Assembly (NCBI GenBank): GCA_963723125.1 | Contig: CAVRPQ010000003.1 | Location: 837,762-901,761, forward strand | DNA length: 64,000 nt | Origin: an uncultured bacterium | Lineage (GTDB): Bacteria; Verrucomicrobiota; Verrucomicrobiia; Limisphaerales; UBA11358 | Direction: 5' to 3' | Shown here: positions 10,082 through 18,865 of the stretch, piece by piece | How the letters are laid out: the number at the start of each line of letters is the position of its first letter | Position numbering within the stretch: the stretch's first letter is position 1 | Notes under the pieces: generated by a model | Databases searched by the model: none | Told to the model about the DNA's origin: nothing | Seen by the model: only the letters and a program-made list of their open reading frames with translations | Position numbers and translations under genes: made by a program

Positions 10082-11560
10082 GGGGGGCGCATCTCAGTTT
10101 CTTGCAGAGTAGTGTAAGCTCAGGGCATGACAACTCCCTGCCTTGAAGCTGTGGGTTCCACGATAACCTCTGGGACCTCATCCGAACCGCTGGCGGTGCT
10201 GGCCGCCCGTGCGGCGTGCGCCTTGGAACATTCGATCCAACGCCTCGTGCTGGCCAGCGATCAAAACCTCGGCCATCTCGAAGTCCAAGCCGTTCGGGAT
10301 GTCCAGGAACTGCTTGGCCAAACGATCGAACGTGGTGCTCAAGCCAAAGCCGACGCTACGCCACCGGTCTGCCCGGTCTGTGGACAAACCCTCACCCGCC
10401 TTTCCACTGACCAGCCACGCACCTTCGAGTCGCGCTTTGGTTCGATCACCGTCAAACGCACCCGCGGCTACTGCAAACGCTGTCGCAAATGGCGCGTGCC
10501 CGCCGACGCCGCCCTGGGGTTAGAAGAAAGTGCCGGCTACTCACCCGCCGTGCAAAACATGGCGGCGCTCTTGGCCAGCAAAATGCCCATCGAGGACGCC
10601 AGCGCCGTGCTGGAACATCTCACCGGCGTCAAATTGCCCCGCGCCACACTGGATCGCGAAGCCCGTCGGCAAGGCGAACGCGCCCAACGGTTGCGCACCC
10701 ACCTTGATCAGCAAGCCGCCACCGCCCAGAACCAACTTGAACTGACCCTCGAACCCTACCAGATGATCCTCCAACTGGACGCCTGGAACATCCGCGAACG
10801 CGATGCCTGGGGCCAGAGTGAGGCGTTGCGCCGCCAGGGCAAAGAACCTGAACGCTGGCATTGGGTTTACACCGGCACCTGTTTTCGACTCGATCACCGC
10901 GGCCAGACCGCGGGCGGACGGCCCGTCATCACCCAACGGGGCTTCGTCGCCACGCGTGCGGGCATTGACGCCTTGCGCGAACAACTGCACGCCGAAGCCT
11001 TGCGCCGCGGCCTGGGCCAAGCCGCCAGCGCGCTGGTCATTGGTGATGGGGCCGTATGGATCTGGCGTCTGGCCGACGACCGCTGGCCACAAGCCCGCCA
11101 GCGACTTGACTTCTATCATGCCCTACAACACTTGGCCGCTGTGGGCCGAGCGCTCTTTGGCGAAGACAAAGAAAAGCTCAAGGCCTGGCTCAGACCCTTG
11201 GTCCAACAACTCAAGAACGAATCCTCGCTCAAAGTGATCCGTCAATTGGAAGAGGCCTTGGCCACAATGCCCGGCGGGCCGGCCACCGCGGCGGTGGCCA
11301 AAGAATTGGAATACTTCCACGACCATCAACAGCGAATGGATTACCGGGCCGGGCGGCGAGCGGGCGAACCGATTGGCAGTGGTCCGGTGGAGGCGACCTG
11401 CCGGCAGACCCAATGCCGGTTCAAACGCCCGGGCCAGTTCTGGAGTCAGGCTGGTGATGAAGCCTTATTGTGTTTGGAAACATTCTGGCGCAACGACCGC
11501 TGGCACCTGCTCTTCCCTCACACCACATTCAACCCTGCAAGAAACTGAGATGCGCCCCCC
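10082..11560 (+). mobile_element. ISKra4-like insertion sequence (1479 bp)
   Basis: Perfect 26-bp terminal inverted repeats GGGGGGCGCATCTCAGTTTCTTGCAG at 10082-10107 and, reverse-complemented, at 11535-11560. Flanking direct repeat GAT (10079-10081 and 11561-11563). Confidence 0.8.
10127..11548 (+). CDS. DDE transposase, ISKra4-like, 473 aa
   Basis: Zinc-ribbon-like CPVCG...CKRCRKW. Motifs LDFYHALQHL and EPIGSGPVEATCRQ that I associate with ISKra4-type transposases; the family assignment is from memory only. The stop codon lies inside the right IR. Confidence 0.65.
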   Translation: MTTPCLEAVGSTITSGTSSEPLAVLAARAACALEHSIQRLVLASDQNLGHLEVQAVRDVQELLGQTIERGAQAKADATPPVCPVCGQTLTRLSTDQPRTFESRFGSITVKRTRGYCKRCRKWRVPADAALGLEESAGYSPAVQNMAALLASKMPIEDASAVLEHLTGVKLPRATLDREARRQGERAQRLRTHLDQQAATAQNQLELTLEPYQMILQLDAWNIRERDAWGQSEALRRQGKEPERWHWVYTGTCFRLDHRGQTAGGRPVITQRGFVATRAGIDALREQLHAEALRRGLGQAASALVIGDGAVWIWRLADDRWPQARQRLDFYHALQHLAAVGRALFGEDKEKLKAWLRPLVQQLKNESSLKVIRQLEEALATMPGGPATAAVAKELEYFHDHQQRMDYRAGRRAGEPIGSGPVEATCRQTQCRFKRPGQFWSQAGDEALLCLETFWRNDRWHLLFPHTTFNPARN

Positions 11561-11887
11561 GATGGGTTCGTTCGCACGGAAAACTTTACAAAAGGACGAT
11601 TTTTCTCGCACCATGTCGCCGACTCGCTTGTGCAGGCCGAGCACTACGCCAACGCTTTTCCTGATCAGTGCATCTGCTGCGTGGCCGACGCTCTATACTG
11701 GAAACCACGGAGGAGGTGTCTTCGCATCCGGGAGAAACAGGGCATGCGAGCCAAAAAAAGCACCGAAACAACCCCGGTGCCAGAGAAAAATTGAGGGCGA
11801 ACCAAAAAAAGCTTTGCCAATCTGTGGAGCAGGCAGAGAATCACAAAAAAGGCCCACGCCGGTCGTAGGCTGGAAACTATATGGGAA

Positions 11888-12847
11888 ATGTCAACCAATA
11901 TGAATAAAGAACGCAACTCCAACGGAATGAGCCGCCGCCAATTCTTGCAGACCAGCGCGGAATTTGCCGCCTCTGCAATGTTCCTGAGCCTCGGCGGCGC
12001 GCAGTCATTTGCCGCGCCAAATACCAGCACCCGGGAAAATTTGATCCCGCTCGTGACACTCAATAACGGCCTGCAAATGCCACGTCTTGGATTGGGCACT
12101 ATGACGCTCAACGGCGACGTCGGAATAAGGTGCGTGGCCGATGCCATCTCTCTGGGCTATCGTCTGATTGATACCGCTATGATCTACGGCACTGAGGCGG
12201 CAGTAGGCGCCGGGATCAAACAGAGTGGAATCAAACGTGAAGAACTCTTTATCACCTCAAAACTGTGGAAGGCCGATATGGGGTACGAACAGGCAAAGAA
12301 AGGATTTCAAACTTCTATCAATAAGTTGGGTACGGATTATTTGGACCTCTACCTGATTCATAGGCCTTATGGCGATGTGAAAGGCTCCTGGAAGGCCATG
12401 GAGGAACTCTATCATCAGGGCAAAATCAAGGCCATAGGCGTGAGCAATTTCGAACCCGCGCAACTTGAAGACTTGATTGCGAGTAACGACGTAAAACCCG
12501 CAATAAATCAAATCGAAACACATGCGTTTTTCCAGGAAGGCAAGTCACTGGAATACTTAAAGCAACATGGCGTGCAAATGGAAGCCTGGGCACCTTTTGC
12601 GGAAGGCCGTCATGGGCTTTTCACCAATGCCACTCTTGCAACCATCGGAAAGAAGTACAATAAGACGATTGCGCAGGTGAGCCTGAGATGGCATTACCAA
12701 AGAGGAATTATTGCCATCCCCAGATCCTCCCAGAAAGCGCATATCGCGGAAAACTTGAATATCTTTGATTTTAGCCTTGAAGATTCCGACATGGCCTCTA
12801 TTTCCACGTTGGATTTAAATACCACTCAATTTCCCGAGTGGAGTTAG
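11888..12847 (+). CDS. Aldo/keto reductase with a twin-arginine signal peptide
   Basis: SRRQFLQTSAEFAASAM Tat motif. AKR signatures LIDTAMIYGTE, LYLIHRP and IPRSSQKAHIAENL. Confidence 0.85.
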   Translation: MSTNMNKERNSNGMSRRQFLQTSAEFAASAMFLSLGGAQSFAAPNTSTRENLIPLVTLNNGLQMPRLGLGTMTLNGDVGIRCVADAISLGYRLIDTAMIYGTEAAVGAGIKQSGIKREELFITSKLWKADMGYEQAKKGFQTSINKLGTDYLDLYLIHRPYGDVKGSWKAMEELYHQGKIKAIGVSNFEPAQLEDLIASNDVKPAINQIETHAFFQEGKSLEYLKQHGVQMEAWAPFAEGRHGLFTNATLATIGKKYNKTIAQVSLRWHYQRGIIAIPRSSQKAHIAENLNIFDFSLEDSDMASISTLDLNTTQFPEWS

Positions 12848-12957
12848 ACGGGAACTGACGCTGTTGTGACACGGATGGACTGCAATGGTAACTTTGAATA
12901 AGTTTGAACTTGTTGCCACTAAATCAAAAGCATCGCAAATACATTGATTTTATTATA

Positions 12958-12978
12958 TGGCGGAAGGGGTGGGATTCG
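12958..12978 (-). repeat. tRNA-Ser/Sec 3'-end fragment, copy 2
   Basis: The minus strand reads CGAATCCCACCCCTTCCGCCA, identical to copy 1 over 21 nt. The sequence diverges immediately upstream in the T-loop. Confidence 0.7.
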
Positions 12979-13312
12979 TGCCCAAAATCGCCATTTTCTG
13001 GGCCAATATTACCCACTTCATTGCACAATTCAAGTATACTCCCCCACAATTTTGCTTAACTCGACTATACAATCTACTGACACTTTTACTGACAGTGCCT
13101 GACCCTCGAACAAGTTAAGTTTGCCAAAACATTTGTCGCAGCAACGCTGAATGCTAAAAAATCAGCATAAGCGCATTTAGCAACAATCTGCGACACCACG
13201 ACCCAACGTTCAGGGATGACCATTTTTGAGTTGAAGTCTTTCCGCAGAGGGTGTAAAAACATTGGCTGTAGATGTCCCCCAAAGAGAGGACAAGTGAAAT
13301 CCCAAATTCGTT

Positions 13313-14749
13313 ATGAAAACCAAGGGAGCACTTTTTCAAATCTGTCTTTTAGGCGCGGTGCTCTTGATTCTGCCCGTCGCCGTTCAAGCTCAATTCTCTT
13401 GGACGACTAATAGTGGCACAATCACTATCACCGGTTACTCCGGCACCAATGGGGTGGTGACGATTCCCGATATAATCACCGGACTTCCAGTCACCAGCAT
13501 CGGAGTGCAAGCCTTTTACGGCAATAGAGTCATGACCAACGTCATGACCGGCACAAACCTCACCAGCATCGGAGAGGAGGCATTCCAACTCTGCGGCAAC
13601 CTGACCAACATCACCATCGGCACCAACGTTACCAGCATCGGAGTGCAAGCCTTCTATGACTGTGGCAAGCTGGCCGGCGTCACGATTCCCGCCAGCGTCG
13701 CCGGCATCGGACAGTATGCGTTCGCCGATTGCACCAGCCTGACCGCGATTCCGGTCGCTCCGTCCAATCCCAACTTTTCCAGTGTGGGCGGGGTCGTATT
13801 CAACGAAAACCAAACTACACTCTTTGTGTATCCGGGAGGCCTTGCCGGCGCTTACGCGATCCCCACCAACGTCACCGTCATCGGAACGGGCGCATTCTGG
13901 GATTGCATCAACCTGACCGGCATCACGTTTCCCTCCAGCGTCACTAGCATTCAGGAAGATGCGTTTGCGTTTTGCAGGGACCTGACCAACGTTGTTATCG
14001 GCAGCGGTGTTACCAGTATCGCGAATGATGTGTTTGACGATTCTCAAAACCTGACCAGCATCACGATTCCCGCTGGTGTCACGTTCGTGTCGGAGCCTAT
14101 ATGTTACGGTTGCACCAGTTTAACCAACATCGCGGTGAGTGCGTCCAATCCTGATTTCGTCAGTGTAGGTGGAGTTCTGTTCAATCAAGGCCAAACCTCA
14201 CTCCTTGAATATCCTGCAGGCCTCGCGGGTGCTTACATTGTCACCAATAGCGTCACCAGCATCGCGGATGAGGCGTTTGGCGGTTGCCTTGGCCTGACTA
14301 CGGTATATATTCCGGCCAGCGTTTCCAGCCTCGGAGAGGCTGTGTTCGAGAGTTGTAGCAGCCTGACAAGCGCTTATTTCCAGGGCAGCGCCCCTGCTTC
14401 AGGTACAGAAGAGTTCCTCGATGCCAACGCGGCGGGGAAAGTTTACTACTTTGCCGGGACCACGGGGTGGGGCACAACCTATGGCGGCTCGCCCGGTAGC
14501 CTGCCTACTGTGATGTTAAACTCGCCGCTCATCATCAGCACCGGCATCGGCGTGCAGAATAATGAGTTTGGTTTCTCCATCATTGGCACCAACGCTCAAG
14601 TCTTCGTGGTAGGAGCCTGCACGAACCTTGTGATTGCGAACTGGCAACCTATCCAGACCAACACCCTGACTAGCGCGTTGTTCAATTTCACCGATCCCCA
14701 GTGGAGGGATTTTCCAATCCGTTTCTACCGGGTAGGCTATATGCCGTAG
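13313..14749 (+). CDS. Leucine-rich-repeat (BspA-like) surface protein, 478 aa
   Basis: Signal peptide. About 10 repeats of the type LT.I.IP.SVTSIG..AF..C..LT. C-terminal module ending FPIRFYRVGYMP. Confidence 0.8.
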   Translation: MKTKGALFQICLLGAVLLILPVAVQAQFSWTTNSGTITITGYSGTNGVVTIPDIITGLPVTSIGVQAFYGNRVMTNVMTGTNLTSIGEEAFQLCGNLTNITIGTNVTSIGVQAFYDCGKLAGVTIPASVAGIGQYAFADCTSLTAIPVAPSNPNFSSVGGVVFNENQTTLFVYPGGLAGAYAIPTNVTVIGTGAFWDCINLTGITFPSSVTSIQEDAFAFCRDLTNVVIGSGVTSIANDVFDDSQNLTSITIPAGVTFVSEPICYGCTSLTNIAVSASNPDFVSVGGVLFNQGQTSLLEYPAGLAGAYIVTNSVTSIADEAFGGCLGLTTVYIPASVSSLGEAVFESCSSLTSAYFQGSAPASGTEEFLDANAAGKVYYFAGTTGWGTTYGGSPGSLPTVMLNSPLIISTGIGVQNNEFGFSIIGTNAQVFVVGACTNLVIANWQPIQTNTLTSALFNFTDPQWRDFPIRFYRVGYMP

Positions 14750-14821
14750 TGGCTGACGGCGACGTTTTGATTACAAACCTTTTCCAGTGCCAAAGAAACG
14801 ATCATTTCGTAAGTATTAGTA

Positions 14822-14847
14822 TGGCGGAAGGGGAGGGATTCGAAGCC
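14822..14847 (-). repeat. tRNA-Ser/Sec 3'-end fragment, copy 3
   Basis: The minus strand reads GGCTTCGAATCCCTCCCCTTCCGCCA, one substitution relative to copy 1. No T-stem partner lies upstream. Confidence 0.7.
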
Positions 14848-15115
14848 AAGAGAACGCGCTTCGTTTTTGTGCGCGGACGTGCGTAATGAGGCCGTAAATA
14901 AAGGCGATAATGCGTGTTCGAATTTTTCGTCGCGGAGTCGGCGTCATGCAAAATAACGCACTTAAACGCACCCTTTTTGTCCCCAATTGTCCCCAAACTT
15001 TTTCGCGTTTGGTTCGGTCGGCGACCGGGGGCGGGGGGGTAGCTCGCGGCAGATGAGTCGAACGTGCGCGATAGATTCGTTCGCGCGGAAAATTTTGGCA
15101 AAAGGGCTTCCTTGA
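14848..15115 (-). repeat. Conserved arm adjoining tRNA-fragment copy 3
   Basis: Homologous to 9860-10081 plus 11561 to about 11610. Tandem boxes TTGTCCCC-AATTGTCCCC at 14977-14994. Confidence 0.6.
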
Positions 15116-15296
15116 ATCGTCCATCCAATCGTCGGTGCGGTTCGTGACTGTCACCGATCACTTCAAAACCAGCCAGCCGGGGTCGAATCAAAACCGGCCA
15201 CTCTGAGGTGATTTATTCATATCAGATTTCTGGATGCAAGCAAGGGGCTTTTGAGGTAGTGGGTCAGTTTGAAATCAGTTTGACTCCAACGAGCTG

Positions 15297-15689
15297 TCAG
15301 GCCGATGGCTTTACGTCCGATTCCAATGCCCTGCGAATCCTCGGTGTAATGAACAACGACTCAAACAACCAATAGACTGGATACCACAGTACATAAATGC
15401 CAAAAAATGCTAGTAAAAATTGGCGTGGGAAAAACCGATTTGCCAACCAGTACGCCAACATAACTGTTGGCGCGAGGATCAGGAAATACCCCAATAACCT
15501 AAGCCCGTCAATCCAGGGATCACGCTGTCTGGCCTGATTATATAAGGCCCATCGCTCTCGCCAGTTTTTGCCTTTGAAAGCTGGAATGTCTCTTGAGCGC
15601 TCAAGTTTCATAGAAACACAATAGGCATAAATTACCCTTGTGATTCCTAAAATCAAGGCAACAAACCGACGATTTATTCCAACGTCCAA
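15297..15689 (-). CDS. Small integral membrane protein, unknown function
   Basis: 130-aa ORF with three or four hydrophobic segments (FVALILGITRVIYAYCV, LLGYFLILAPTVMLAYWL, LLAFFGIYVLWYPVYWLF). I recognise no family. Confidence 0.45.
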   Translation of the reverse strand: MDVGINRRFVALILGITRVIYAYCVSMKLERSRDIPAFKGKNWRERWALYNQARQRDPWIDGLRLLGYFLILAPTVMLAYWLANRFFPRQFLLAFFGIYVLWYPVYWLFESLFITPRIRRALESDVKPSA

Positions 15690-15805
15690 ACATGGTTAGA
15701 GATTCGGGCTTTTATCGCTGGCATAAATCATGGATTACGAATCTTCCACGTCAATCAAGCGGTTCGGGCTGCAAGATAAAACGAGCCGGGGCCGAGCGGC
15801 GAGCC

Positions 15806-16648
15806 TTAGCTCGCGGCCCCGGCGGTCGCGGGTTCGTTGGCCTTTCGACTTTTCTTGTTTTCCCGGCTTACTCCCGGCGCTTCCTTGACGCGATAGCTTT
15901 TGCCGGTGATGGCGATGACTTGGGCGTGGTGCAGGAATCGGTCGAGAATGGCCCCGGCAGTGGGCACGTCACACAGGAGTTTGCCCCATTCTTCCAGCGG
16001 GCGGTTGCTGGTCATAATGGTGGAACGGTTTTCGTAGCGGCGCATGATGACTTCCAGCAGGTATTCGCCGGAGTGTTTGGGCAACTGTTTCAAGCCCATG
16101 TCATCAATGATGACCAGATCGGGCTTCAAGTATTTGCGCAGCGTTTTGTCCTGCTGGTTGAAGGCTTCGTCCTTCATGAAATCGCGCACCAGATCGAAAA
16201 TGGAGCGGTAGAGCACCAGAAAGTTCATCTTGATGGCCTCGTAACCGATGGCTTGGGCCAGATGCGTTTTGCCGACGCCGGGCGGACCCAGGAAAAGCAC
16301 GTCTTTGGCTTCGCGGATGAACTTGCCGCTGGCCAGATCGAAAATCTCCTTTTTGTGAACGGAGGGGTTGAAGCTCCAGTCGAAGTCTTCCAGTGGTTTG
16401 AGGCTGTGGAAGTCGGCGGCCTGGGTGCGACGTTCCAACTGGCGTTGTTGCCGGACATTCAGTTCGTCCTGGAGGATGAGTTCCAAAAACTCGGCGTGGC
16501 TCAAACGGTTGGCGGCGGCTTCCTGGAGCCGGACGCTCAAGGTCTGGCCCAGGCCGGAGAGACGGAGTTGTTTCAGGGTGGTTTCGAGGTTGGTGGTGTT
16601 CATGGTGATATGGATGGTTCTTGGTTGATGGTTGAGGGAGCAAAACAA
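15806..16648 (-). CDS. istB: IS21-family IstB helper ATPase
   Basis: Walker A FLGPPGVGKTHLA and Walker B DLVIIDDMG. N-terminal LRLSGLGQTLSVRLQEA is typical of IstB. Confidence 0.9.
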   Translation of the reverse strand: MFCSLNHQPRTIHITMNTTNLETTLKQLRLSGLGQTLSVRLQEAAANRLSHAEFLELILQDELNVRQQRQLERRTQAADFHSLKPLEDFDWSFNPSVHKKEIFDLASGKFIREAKDVLFLGPPGVGKTHLAQAIGYEAIKMNFLVLYRSIFDLVRDFMKDEAFNQQDKTLRKYLKPDLVIIDDMGLKQLPKHSGEYLLEVIMRRYENRSTIMTSNRPLEEWGKLLCDVPTAGAILDRFLHHAQVIAITGKSYRVKEAPGVSRENKKSRKANEPATAGAAS

Positions 16649-17298
16649 TCGGGAACGCAGTCCCGGTAAGTTTCCAAATTACGGATGAGGGGATGCGTTT
16701 CCAGAAAGTCCAGTTGCGGTGCCGGGCCGGCCTGTTCCAGCAAGGCGCGCAGGTCGCGCAAGCGCCAGGCGCCATGATGCAAGGCGATTTGGGCGGCACG
16801 TTCCAGGGCGGATACCGGATGTTTGCCGGCCAGCGACAACAGGCCGTGCAAGACCCGGATGCCGATAGGACCGCGCTGTTGCGCCATCGCCTCAGCCCAA
16901 CTGCCGGTGTGCGCGCCGATCAACCGTGCGCGATCCAGCAGATAATCCAGACCCTGTTGGATGACATGCCGATGCGGGGAATGCAGATGGTTCGGATCGG
17001 TGGCGAACTTTCCCGGTTCGGCCAGCGCATGGACGGCGATGACTTCCCGGCGTTGGTTGAACACCCGCACCAGCCGGGACTCCCAGCGTGCCCAGACCTG
17101 CCGCCCGACATACTCCGGCGGCACCGAGTAATACGACCGCTGCAACTCGATGTAACCATCCCGATGCACCGTGCGCGGGGCTTCTTCAAACGCCGGAAAC
17201 AAACTCTCCGGCAGCGGCAACAGTTGCGGGCGTTCCACGGCGTTGAACACCTTGCCCACTTGTTGCCGGGTGGTGCCGTGAATGCGGGTGTCGGCCAC
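16600..17298 (-). pseudogene. istA: IS21-family IstA transposase, C-terminal part only (5'-truncated)
   Basis: RIHGTTRQQVGKVFN...PFEEAPRTVHRDGYIELQRSYYSVP matches the region downstream of the IstA DDE core. The HTH and catalytic N-terminal portions are absent. The ORF overlaps istB as in intact IS21 elements. Confidence 0.75.
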
Positions 17299-17305
17299 GC
17301 CGCTT

Positions 17306-17441
17306 TCCCAATAATGTGAACACCCGTCTGACCCGGCAGTGTGAGGGACCGTTTAACGAAATCGTGTAACGCCTGTTCAAATGCCGCTTCACATCCGGGT
17401 TTCACCGTGCGGACTATGGCTACGTGAATGGGTTCGTTCAT
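17306..17441 (-). pseudogene. N-terminal remnant (about 45 codons) of an ABM-type (antibiotic biosynthesis monooxygenase-like) gene, cut off by the IS21 remnant
   Basis: MNEPIHVAIVRTVKPGCEAAFEQALHDFVKRSLTLPGQTGVHII looks like an ABM/Dabb-fold N-terminus. The frame then runs into IS21-derived sequence. Confidence 0.45.
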
Positions 17442-17458
17442 AGGTTTGATTGTTTAAG

Positions 17459-18862
17459 TTAAAAGAGAAAATCAAGGGTCGTGGAGAGATAATCCACGTC
17501 GCTGCCGCCCGCTTGGTGAATGTAGCTTCCACTGAAGAAGTGGACGTAAGACGCTTGGAAACTGAGGTGCCGCTGAATCTGCCAAGTCAGGTTCACGTCC
17601 AGCGCGGTGCCTACATAACTGGAAGCGGTGCTTGATGCTGGTATCGCGATGTTGCCGGGCACGCCATAGACCGCGTCGTTTCGTGAATAACGCCAGAACA
17701 CATCCGCACCGCCGTCCGCCGAGAGAGTTCGCGTGAATTTCAAGCCGGCATTCGGATGGACGTCAATGATGTTTTGAGGACGGAGCAGACTGGCGTCGTT
17801 GAAGTAACCTGATTTGAAGTAGAGCGCGTCAAAGGTTTCCTGGGTTCCACCACTCGTGCTTCCGCTGCCGCTGGTGACATCCGCTTTCAGTCCAAGTCTC
17901 GGCTGCAACGTGGTGTCGAATGTGTATCCAGAATCAATGCTGGCCGTCCAAGCCAGGATGGAGTTGTTTCCGAAACTGCCCACTTGAATAACGTCTTCCT
18001 CATTCCAATCCCATTGGTTCCGTTCACCAAAAATACGCAAACCGAATGAATGACGGTCTTCCTCAGCAGTCCCCGAGGCGTAGGTGGCCTCGTTGTTGTG
18101 AATCCCGAGGTAATATAGGTCAACTCCCAACTGGTGAGGCGCGTCGAACCAGTGAGTGAGGTAAAGTCCCCAGAACGTAGTGCCAGGATTGCTGCCGCTG
18201 ATGCTGCCGTTGTCCTCCACCGGCCGGGTGAGAAACGCCGTTGCCTCCCAAAGTGGCCGGGCATAAATGGCTTCAAACCCGTCAAATCGGAACGGGATGT
18301 TCGGTGCCGCGCGCGTGGCGACGAGGCGACCCGAACCGAAGCTCATGCCGAACCGTCCGGCACGCAACGTGAGGCTTTCGTTGTCCGTCAAATACGGCAA
18401 AACGTCAAGAAACGCGAATTGCAGATCAATAGGGTCTTGCTGCACCGGAGGCGCGGGCTGCGATTCGCCTTCCATCACACCGGAGATACCTTCCGAGAAA
18501 ATTCGCACGCGCTCGCCGAGGTGCAGATCAGCAAGCAGCGTGATGCGTTGCAACAAATAGGAGTCGGCACCCGCGCCGCCAATCCCAAAATTAGGATCGT
18601 AATTCCCCTCAAACCGCTCACGCAATTCGCCGCCGAGGGTCAAATACCAGGACGGATCATTTGTCCGCAACGGGATATACTTGACCGGGTCAAACCAGTC
18701 GGTGCGGTTCGCCGGGTTGGTCAGGCAGGAATAATTTTCGTCGAATCGCAACACGTTGTAAGCCGGTGGAGGGGTTGGTGTTTCTCCGGTGGTTGTCACT
18801 TCATCAGCCAGAACCGTTGCCGGCAAAATGACGGATAACAAAATGAGAATGACGTTGCGCAT
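17459..18862 (-). CDS. Outer-membrane beta-barrel, alginate-export (AlgE-like) family
   Basis: Signal peptide MRNVILILLSVILPATVLA. N-terminal LRFDENYS...WFDPVKYIPL...WYLTLGGELRERFE, aromatic-rich alternating strands and a terminal F. Confidence 0.6.
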   Translation of the reverse strand: MRNVILILLSVILPATVLADEVTTTGETPTPPPAYNVLRFDENYSCLTNPANRTDWFDPVKYIPLRTNDPSWYLTLGGELRERFEGNYDPNFGIGGAGADSYLLQRITLLADLHLGERVRIFSEGISGVMEGESQPAPPVQQDPIDLQFAFLDVLPYLTDNESLTLRAGRFGMSFGSGRLVATRAAPNIPFRFDGFEAIYARPLWEATAFLTRPVEDNGSISGSNPGTTFWGLYLTHWFDAPHQLGVDLYYLGIHNNEATYASGTAEEDRHSFGLRIFGERNQWDWNEEDVIQVGSFGNNSILAWTASIDSGYTFDTTLQPRLGLKADVTSGSGSTSGGTQETFDALYFKSGYFNDASLLRPQNIIDVHPNAGLKFTRTLSADGGADVFWRYSRNDAVYGVPGNIAIPASSTASSYVGTALDVNLTWQIQRHLSFQASYVHFFSGSYIHQAGGSDVDYLSTTLDFLF

Positions 18863-18865
18863 CGC

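Noticed and set aside
13349-14047. 232-aa minus-strand ORF inside the LRR gene, plus the small ORFs 9583-10092 and 14802-15191 spanning the tRNA-fragment arms.
   Set aside because: The first is antisense to a well-supported repeat protein. The arm ORFs show no better conservation in one frame than in the others, and they run through the tRNA-like fragment.
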